37,923 nucleotides of DNA from the NCBI GenBank assembly GCA_030765585.1, contig JAVCCJ010000090.1, positions 1 through 37,923 of the forward strand. The letters run 5' to 3'. The translations under genes were made by a program, and so were the position numbers. Shown here piece by piece: positions 31,776 through 37,923 of this stretch. This stretch comes from Candidatus Zapsychrus exili. GTDB taxonomy: Bacteria > Omnitrophota > Gorgyraeia > Zapsychrales > Zapsychraceae. The notes below the pieces were generated by a model, which worked only from the letters and a program-made list of their open reading frames with translations, was not told where the DNA came from and did no database searches. Each line of letters opens with the position of its first letter. The first letter of the stretch is position 1.

Positions 31776-32721
31776 TACTATCTCCTATAATTAACTCTGC
31801 AGCCTCTTTAGCAAACTCTCCTGCCCTTTTTACACAAGGCTTTAATTTCTTATTATAATCTTGTGCCATAAAAGAAATATCATCTAGACTTTTTAAAACA
31901 ATGCCTGATATTTGTTTTACATCAGGATTTACATCACGAGGTATTGAAAGATCATATATACGCTTATTTTTATTTACAAATTTCTCTACATCTTTTTTGT
32001 CTAAAATATAATGCGGACTTGATGTAGCGCTTATTATCACATCTGCTTGCTCTAAAGCATAAGGCAGTTCATCAAAAGAAATAACATCTCCTCCTGCATT
32101 GCGCGCAAGCTTCTTTGCTTTAATATGCTTTTTACGTGCAACAAAAAGTACTTTAATATCACCGATATCTTTTTTGGATATAAGTTCAGCTACCTTACCT
32201 GTTCCTATAACAAGTAATTTTTCCGCCTTTAATTCCTTTATATCATCTAATACAAAGTCCGCGATATCTTTAAAAGCAGAATCTATGCCGGAGATAAGCC
32301 TTATATCTTTTGACCAGTCTAAAACTACATCCCACATTTCTTTTATTAAATTAGGAAAACCATCTCTTTTTATCCATCTTCTTAATTGCTCTACAACTTG
32401 ATGTTCTCCCAATATTTGCGAATCTAGCCCACAAGAAAGTCTTAAGGCATGTACGACGACATCCTTTGTATTATCTCTTAAATATGCATCTTTAAAAACT
32501 TTAGGGAATCTACTAAGTAACATGCCGTAAATAAATTTAGCGCTTGTATCATCTTTTGTTATGCCATAAACTTCAAAACGATTACATGTAGTAAGTACAA
32601 CCGCCCCGCCCTCAGACAGCCAATTTAAAAAACTCTCAATAGGTAAACGCTTTTTAAATGCTTGCTCTCTTACCTTTAGAGAAGATGTATTATAATTTAT
32701 TCCTATAAGATAGAAATTCAT
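31705..32721 (-). CDS. hemA: Glutamyl-tRNA reductase (short)
   Basis: TCNRFE, GLDSQILGE, GTG, DLSIPRDV. Confidence 0.93.
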   Translation of the reverse strand: MNFYLIGINYNTSSLKVREQAFKKRLPIESFLNWLSEGGAVVLTTCNRFEVYGITKDDTSAKFIYGMLLSRFPKVFKDAYLRDNTKDVVVHALRLSCGLDSQILGEHQVVEQLRRWIKRDGFPNLIKEMWDVVLDWSKDIRLISGIDSAFKDIADFVLDDIKELKAEKLLVIGTGKVAELISKKDIGDIKVLFVARKKHIKAKKLARNAGGDVISFDELPYALEQADVIISATSSPHYILDKKDVEKFVNKNKRIYDLSIPRDVNPDVKQISGIVLKSLDDISFMAQDYNKKLKPCVKRAGEFAKEAAELIIGDSNAYKDKSWSKAERACAKTGSGSF

Positions 32722-33184
32722 TCCAATTGTCCTTTAAGAAATTCTTTACATCGCGCGATAACACAGGGTTTTTTCCATCTGTGTATACCGCAATTATTGC
32801 CTGGTCATTATTAAATACCGCAGGCGAAATAAAATCACTAAGCGCTGGCTTATCAACAACATTTACCCATACAAGCTTATTCTTCGCCCAGCGACTTATT
32901 GATTCATTTACCTTTTTATTATTTGTTGCAGCAATGACTAAATGCATACCATCTACATCGCCTTTGTTTACCACTCTCTTGACCCAAACTATTTTCCCCT
33001 TATCAAGCAAAGACTTTAATGCAACCGTGATATTAGGAGCAACCACCTGCACACGAGCCCCCGCCTGATAAAGAGACAATGTTTTACGTTCAGCTACCTT
33101 CCCTCCGCCGACAACCAAGGCATGTTTGCCTTTTAAGTTAACGGCCAAAGGAAAATATTTAAGTTTTGATACGTTTATTTTCAT
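32690..33184 (-). CDS. sirC: Precorrin-2 dehydrogenase / sirohydrochlorin ferrochelatase (CysG N-terminal type)
   Basis: VVGGGKVAERK, VNVVD.P..DF. Confidence 0.9.
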   Translation of the reverse strand: MKINVSKLKYFPLAVNLKGKHALVVGGGKVAERKTLSLYQAGARVQVVAPNITVALKSLLDKGKIVWVKRVVNKGDVDGMHLVIAATNNKKVNESISRWAKNKLVWVNVVDKPALSDFISPAVFNNDQAIIAVYTDGKNPVLSRDVKNFLKDNWNEFLSYRNKL

Positions 33185-33900
33185 ATTTTATCTTCTACTG
33201 CTACCAAAGGACGAGTATGTATGCCACATTCTCCCCCACACTTACTTGTGCCTAACCAACGACCAGCACGCTCATTGTCGTCTGTTGTAATTCTTGTACA
33301 AGGAGAACATCCTAAAGAACGGTATCCTTCCTTATATAAAGGATTAACTTTGACCCCATAAAGAGCAAGATATTGCCAAACCTCTCTTTCCTTCCAAATA
33401 AGAATAGGATTTAATTTAATAAGACCTTTATCTCTTTCTTCTACTTCTTTAAAATCAGTTCGTGTACGGCCTTCTGTACAACGAAGTCCAGTGACCCAGC
33501 ATTCTACATTCATCTCTTCAATTGCACGACGAACAGGTTCTACTTTTAAAATGTCACAGCAACGATCCGGCTCTGTTTTATAAAGCTCATTCGGTATCTC
33601 AGAATCATTCTTATATATTTTCGTCTCCGGATATCTTGCCACCTCTTCATTCATGAACTGAATAGTTTCTTCTGGTTTATATCGCGTTGTTACAACAAAA
33701 CCGCGAATACTTGGTTCGACTTTCTTCGCTAAGTCCCAGACCACAACAGAATCTTTTCCAAGGCTGTTTGCAACAACCAGAGAATCTCCGTATTTGTCGT
33801 AGGCTTCACGAATAAGCACCTTTGATCTTTCTACTTTCTCTTTGAAATTTAACTTCTCAACTAATTCTTTTAGATTTTCGTTTGAATTTAATAAACTCAT
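33181..33900 (-). CDS. cysH: APS/PAPS reductase ([4Fe-4S] type)
   Basis: CC..LKVEP, TGLR, SLGCSPCT, ERAGRW, ECGIH. Start at MSLLN behind AAGGAG. Confidence 0.93.
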   Translation of the reverse strand: MSLLNSNENLKELVEKLNFKEKVERSKVLIREAYDKYGDSLVVANSLGKDSVVVWDLAKKVEPSIRGFVVTTRYKPEETIQFMNEEVARYPETKIYKNDSEIPNELYKTEPDRCCDILKVEPVRRAIEEMNVECWVTGLRCTEGRTRTDFKEVEERDKGLIKLNPILIWKEREVWQYLALYGVKVNPLYKEGYRSLGCSPCTRITTDDNERAGRWLGTSKCGGECGIHTRPLVAVEDKI

Positions 33901-33908
33901 TTTCTTCT

Positions 33909-34003
33909 CCTTTAAATGAGGACATAAGTTATGGAACAAAAGTGAACATAACTTATAAGTCCGAATTTACCCCGACAGCGCTCTTTTGCGCTTTTCGGGG
34001 CTC
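33909..34003 (+). repeat. Structured tandem-GA hairpin element, copy 2 (cysH leader)
   Basis: Homologous to 21987-22080. Confidence 0.7.
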
Positions 34004-34042
34004 CCTTATTTTTTTCTTATCCCTAGGCCCTAAACCCTGCCT

Positions 34043-34264
34043 CTAAATCTGATACTCTGGTGCCTTAACTCTACCAAATTCACTTTTATTCCACGCCCTT
34101 TCGTGAATATAGTAGAAAACCATTTTTAGCGCATTTGCCCCTATTCCAACAACTAGTGATTCGTGCATGTCTCCACTATACAAATAAACAACAACAACTG
34201 TTGTTATAAAAGCAATAGCCCTCCATGTTATCGTTTTAGCTAATGTTCTTTTTTGCGATTCCAT
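34043..34264 (-). CDS. DUF2061 small membrane protein
   Basis: RTLAKTITWR and YYIHERAW motifs, typical of cys operons. Confidence 0.88.
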   Translation of the reverse strand: MESQKRTLAKTITWRAIAFITTVVVVYLYSGDMHESLVVGIGANALKMVFYYIHERAWNKSEFGRVKAPEYQI

Positions 34265-34356
34265 TTCTTCCTCTACTTTACTTTGTTGACCAACTTAGTA
34301 ATGTTTGAATTATAAAAAACAGGTTCCTTTTAAATCCTAACAAAAGAACCTCAATA

Positions 34357-34503
34357 GGCACCTAGCACCTAATCCCTACTTTTCTAACACCTAAACCCTA
34401 ATCCCTGCTTTTCCAATCCCTAACACCTAATCCCTAATCCCTGCTTTTCCAATCTCTAATCCCTAACACCTAGCACCTAATCCCTACTTTTCTAGCACCT
34501 GCC
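34357..34503. repeat. Degenerate heptamer tandem array (CCTAATC/CCTAGCA/CCTAACA)
   Basis: About 20 imperfect 7-8-mers; related short runs at 20320-20346, 20632-20697 and 34020-34042. Confidence 0.8.
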
Positions 34504-34504
34504 T

Positions 34505-34927
34505 TTATATACAATACGTTACAAGACTATCTAAACCATTAAACTTTTCACAAAGGTCTTCAAACGTAATATTATCAATGACTTGCGACATTGCTTTATC
34601 AACATCATTCCAAATACTGTTAAATATTGAATCCTTTGATTTTGCCGAATCTGCCATTGGAAGAATAGATCCTCCTACAGAACGTATTACTTGTCCTAAA
34701 CTAATTTTATCCGGAGCAACTGCAAGCAAATATCCGCCTTCTTTTCCTCTTAAACTTGCTACTAGACCTTCGCCCTTAAGTTGAATAAGAATTTGGACAA
34801 GATATCTTATAGGAATTCCTTGTTTATCTGATATGCTATGAATTTGCAAAGGCTCTTTGCTTGGCCAATGCAATGATAATTCCAATAATGCTCGACAAGC
34901 ATAATCACATCGTGCTGATATTCGCAT
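34505..34927 (-). CDS. Rrf2-family regulator without Fe-S Cys triad (CymR-like)
   Basis: MRISARCDYACRAL, YLVQIL..L, SLRGKEGGY; start at 34927 behind AAGGAG. Confidence 0.9.
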   Translation of the reverse strand: MRISARCDYACRALLELSLHWPSKEPLQIHSISDKQGIPIRYLVQILIQLKGEGLVASLRGKEGGYLLAVAPDKISLGQVIRSVGGSILPMADSAKSKDSIFNSIWNDVDKAMSQVIDNITFEDLCEKFNGLDSLVTYCI

Positions 34928-35044
34928 CTCTTTGCTCCTTTTCATACACTACTTACTTAATCAACTTAATAAAGTATATAATATTTATCACTTTTGTCAA
35001 CAATTATATTTATATATTTTTGCGAGACAGTAGGTAGGATATTT

Positions 35045-35716
35045 TTATGTTAATGAGTTCTTTGCAAGGCTATTTAGTTCAGAATTTGCTAAAGCAACAA
35101 CTTTTTTCTTAACAGCCCTAGAATAATATTCTTTCTCTGTCTTGCTTAATTTTTCTCCATTTACCTTCTTTAGAAACAATTCCTTTTGCTTGGGAGAAAA
35201 AACTTGTGATAAAGCATATTCTAAAGATAATTCTTCATGTTTAGCTCTTTTCTTTTGCGACTCTAAAGCTTCTTCAGAAAAATAACTTTGAAAAGTATTC
35301 TTTACTCTTTGAGGGCTAAGCAAATGTTTATAAACTAAGAAATTTCCACTATTATATGCTAAATAATTTCTAAATCTGACCATTTCTTGCCTATCATCAT
35401 CATCTAAATTTTCATAATACTTATTTGTCCATGAAAACTTTAAATGATAAGACTTATACAAAGACAAAGACAGCAAAAATAAATATCTGAAACTTTCTTT
35501 ATCATCTTCCGACGGTAACAATTGCTCCACCATGTCATAATCGAAATCATAATTCTTAGCTGCATTCGCTAATAGCACTGGAAAACCCTCTAAGAACCTT
35601 GGCTCATTGCTTAAAACAACTTCGCTTAATGCTTTATTAACATCAAACTCTTCGCTTGTCTCAAATAAAGGCAACCCCAGTTTATTTAATTTTTTTGTTA
35701 GTTCTTTCTTATCCAT
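35045..35716 (-). CDS. Conserved hypothetical protein, probable partner/antitoxin of the nucleotidyltransferase
   Basis: GGAG RBS; 11-bp gap to the upstream gene; basic C-terminal FSPKQKEL..LSKTEKEYYSR. Confidence 0.7.
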   Translation of the reverse strand: MDKKELTKKLNKLGLPLFETSEEFDVNKALSEVVLSNEPRFLEGFPVLLANAAKNYDFDYDMVEQLLPSEDDKESFRYLFLLSLSLYKSYHLKFSWTNKYYENLDDDDRQEMVRFRNYLAYNSGNFLVYKHLLSPQRVKNTFQSYFSEEALESQKKRAKHEELSLEYALSQVFSPKQKELFLKKVNGEKLSKTEKEYYSRAVKKKVVALANSELNSLAKNSLT

Positions 35717-35727
35717 TATAAACTCCG

Positions 35728-36294
35728 TTATATTCTTGCTAGTAAAAAATCCAAATGACCTCGAATCCTTTCTTCTGATATATCGTATTTAATAGTTTCA
35801 TTCCATCTTTTCTTTAACGTATTAATATCAATTTCTTTAGGTTTAGCTTTTATCAGCATACGGCAATCATCAAAATCAACTCCGCTCCCTCTCATCAATT
35901 TACTTATAATAAGATCGTAATAATTCAATATACCAACATATATGCTTCCAATACTTTCAAGCTTTATATGATTATTGCCTTCCATTGGTGACTCTAAAAG
36001 CTCTGTAGTAAAAATATTATTATTTTTATAAAGATCAAATTCCCATATTTCGCCTTTTCTTTTCCATTTACTAACACCAACTTCTTTATAGCCCAGACTT
36101 TTTAAAGTTTTTATTAAATAACTATATTCATTTTCAACTGGCAACATAAAATCAACATCCTTAGTTGACGCTTTTACTCCTATTAAAGTCATTGCTGTAC
36201 CACCACATGCAATTAAATGTATCTTTCTCTTTATGAATCTATCCCATAAAGATAAGATATTAAATAATTCGGCTTTGTTTAGTCTTTATTCCAT
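35728..36294 (-). pseudogene. DUF6036/AbiEii-like nucleotidyltransferase with in-frame stop at codon 3
   Basis: ATG GAA TAA followed by RLNKAELF...HLIACGGTAMTLIGVKASTKDVDF. The GG-T-A / T-x-D-V-D NTase motif begins upstream of the ORF-track start. Confidence 0.75.
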
Positions 36295-36320
36295 AATATT
36301 GTACGCTTATATACAATTAA

Positions 36321-36401
36321 TTGTACAGAAACATACAATTTATTGTATGTTTCTGTACAACTCTATATAAAAAATATATACTATAATATTGGATTTGTCA
36401 A
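36321..36401 (-). promoter_or_regulatory. Promoter with downstream 19-bp perfect inverted-repeat operator
   Basis: TTGACA-N17-TATATT; TTGTACAGAAACATACAAT-TT-ATTGTATGTTTCTGTACAA. Confidence 0.7.
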
Positions 36402-36490
36402 GCATATTAGGCAGGATTACCTTTATTTTTACCTTAAACCTTATTTTTATTGCTGTTAAATGCCGTTATAAGGTTTTTATATTATTTAAT

Positions 36491-36526
36491 TGTCATTGCG
36501 AGGAGCACGAACGACGCGGCAATCTC
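36491..36526. repeat. REP/RPE-like palindrome
   Basis: TGTCATTGCGAGGAG...CGACGCGGCAATCTC. Confidence 0.65.
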
Positions 36527-36549
36527 AATACCTTTTACCTTTTGCCTTT

Positions 36550-37617
36550 TTACTTATAAATCGTGGCGAAACCACGATCTAACAATTCTTGATTTAAGAG
36601 CTTGCCTTGCGAGGCTACTTGCTGCGGATCAAGGGACTGTCCTCCCCTTGTGTAAAACACATCAACCAAATATCTATCATACTTATCAGAGCCATAAGTC
36701 TTTATCACAACAAAAGGCACTTTTGCTAATTCCTCTACCACAAACTTCTTTGCAGCATCTCCTTTTTGAGTATAAAGCTCCGGCGCATCAATACTACGAA
36801 GTCTTAGTCTCTGACGCATTCGCACACCAAACCCGCAATCAATTTTAACAATAATAGTATCAGCATCTACTACTCTTTCAACATATGCTAAATATGTATA
36901 AAGCTCGTCTCTATCTGGATTCTTAACTAATCTTAAGACATAGCCGTCATCTATTTTGGTTGACACCACAACCTTACCCTTGCTTAATGCTATCTTGGTT
37001 GCCGTGGGCTTATCAATATTAATACTAAATCCGCAATCTATCTCAACTTCTACATCTGATTTATGCGTATCACTTCTTGCCTTCGTAGAATAATGATACA
37101 GCTTGCCGCGCACAACTTTAAGTTTCTTTGTCCCAACAATAAAGTTGAGCTTTGGTATATCACAAAAATCTTTATAAACAAGTCGAAGCCTGCCGCTTGT
37201 CATATTTTCTTTTAATATCTTTTGTCTAAGGCACTCACGCTTTTTATCATCCTTAATCTTAGTCAGCAAAATATAATGACTAAAACTTAAAACGTTACGT
37301 TGAGGTTTATTTGGATACATTTTATAAAACTGCACCATCTCAATAATAGTACGATCATTGATGCCAAGCTCTTTAGATAGTCTTTCGTAAAACCCTGTAC
37401 CATGCAAATCAGCATGTGCTGTATCTTTAAGAAGAAACTCTGTAATATGTTTTCCGTTATTGTGATAGGTAAGTTTTTTCTGATACACAAGCTCGTTTTG
37501 TGTAGCGATAATGCCGCGTGCCATCTCACGACGGATGAGGGCTACAAGCTTCTTGTAGTCTTTGGTGGTGATTACGTCTTGTATCTTTTGAGATTTTTTA
37601 GGTTTTTTCTTTGGCAT
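36550..37617 (-). CDS. YhcG/DUF1016 N-terminal-like domain fused to a thermonuclease (SNase) domain
   Basis: N-terminal MVQFYKMYP..LSFSHY..L. C-terminal RVVDADTI, RLRSIDAPE, DKYDRYL, LNQELL..GFA. Confidence 0.8.
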   Translation of the reverse strand: MPKKKPKKSQKIQDVITTKDYKKLVALIRREMARGIIATQNELVYQKKLTYHNNGKHITEFLLKDTAHADLHGTGFYERLSKELGINDRTIIEMVQFYKMYPNKPQRNVLSFSHYILLTKIKDDKKRECLRQKILKENMTSGRLRLVYKDFCDIPKLNFIVGTKKLKVVRGKLYHYSTKARSDTHKSDVEVEIDCGFSINIDKPTATKIALSKGKVVVSTKIDDGYVLRLVKNPDRDELYTYLAYVERVVDADTIIVKIDCGFGVRMRQRLRLRSIDAPELYTQKGDAAKKFVVEELAKVPFVVIKTYGSDKYDRYLVDVFYTRGGQSLDPQQVASQGKLLNQELLDRGFATIYK

Positions 37618-37646
37618 AAAAATATTCTAGCAGAAAAATGAAAATT

Positions 37647-37709
37647 TGTCATTCCTGCGAAGGCACGTAAAGTCCCGTTGGGACTACGTCCCTTTACGGG
37701 CAGGAATCT
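37647..37709. repeat. REP-like palindrome with nested hairpins
   Basis: TGTCATTCCTGCG...GCAGGAATCT, same family as 23985; internal CGTAAAG/CTTTACG and AGTCCC/GGGACT. Confidence 0.7.
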
Positions 37710-37803
37710 CGCTAGTGGACACTCAGCTTTGCTGGAACGCTTTGAATAATTGAACAGCGTTACTGACAGAACCCTCTTAATACCAACTAGTTATTGAGAA
37801 ACG

Positions 37804-37923
37804 TGTAAGTTCAAGCCTCTAGCGCAACACTTTACCTGTTATAATAACGGGGAAAGGAGTTGCTTATGGCTAAATATACTAGATTAACTTTTATTGAGCG
37901 TGAAGAAATCAGCCGACAATTAG
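37804..37923 (+). mobile_element. Left end of an IS30-family element; transposase starts at 37866 (partial)
   Basis: TGTAAGTTCAAGCCTCTAGCGCAACA resembles the IS30 IRL (TGTA..TTCAA...CGCAACA). AAGGAG RBS then MAKYTRLTFIEREEISRQL, an IS30 HTH-type start. Confidence 0.8.

Noticed and set aside
34357..34503. CRISPR array
   Set aside because: The units are 7-8-bp degenerate repeats with no unique spacers, and there are no cas genes.
36286..36288. Stop-codon recoding
   Set aside because: TAA is the main terminator for genes throughout the window, so a nonsense mutation or sequencing error is simpler.

Overview
AT-rich bacterial chromosomal segment; the gene content and intergenic repeat style suggest an Omnitrophota/PVC-like organism, but this is an impression only. 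The window begins in the 3' end of an IS481-like element and ends in the 5' end of an IS30-like element. In order it holds: a porin / solute-binding protein / histidine kinase / esterase cluster; cspA; a GPH sugar symporter; a GT-A-like gene; a ~9.9-kb integrative mobilisable element (IME) bounded by a 46-bp repeat of the tRNA-Met(CAT) 3' end; housekeeping genes (ftsB-like, eno, ftsH-like, purN, MFS); an Rrf2-led sulfur-assimilation/siroheme operon; a stop-interrupted nucleotidyltransferase gene pair; and a YhcG-N/thermonuclease fusion. The IME carries Fic, a tyrosine integrase, Xis, a VirD4-like coupling protein, a Replic_Relax-like relaxase, an XRE-cupin regulator, large hairpins and an AbiTii-like gene with two membrane-protein genes. 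The siroheme operon has a truncated, degenerate hemC and no hemD. The most notable signals are the IME with its candidate defence cassette, a covarying tandem-GA hairpin next to the ribosome-binding sites of both eno and cysH, and the unusual tetrapyrrole operon.
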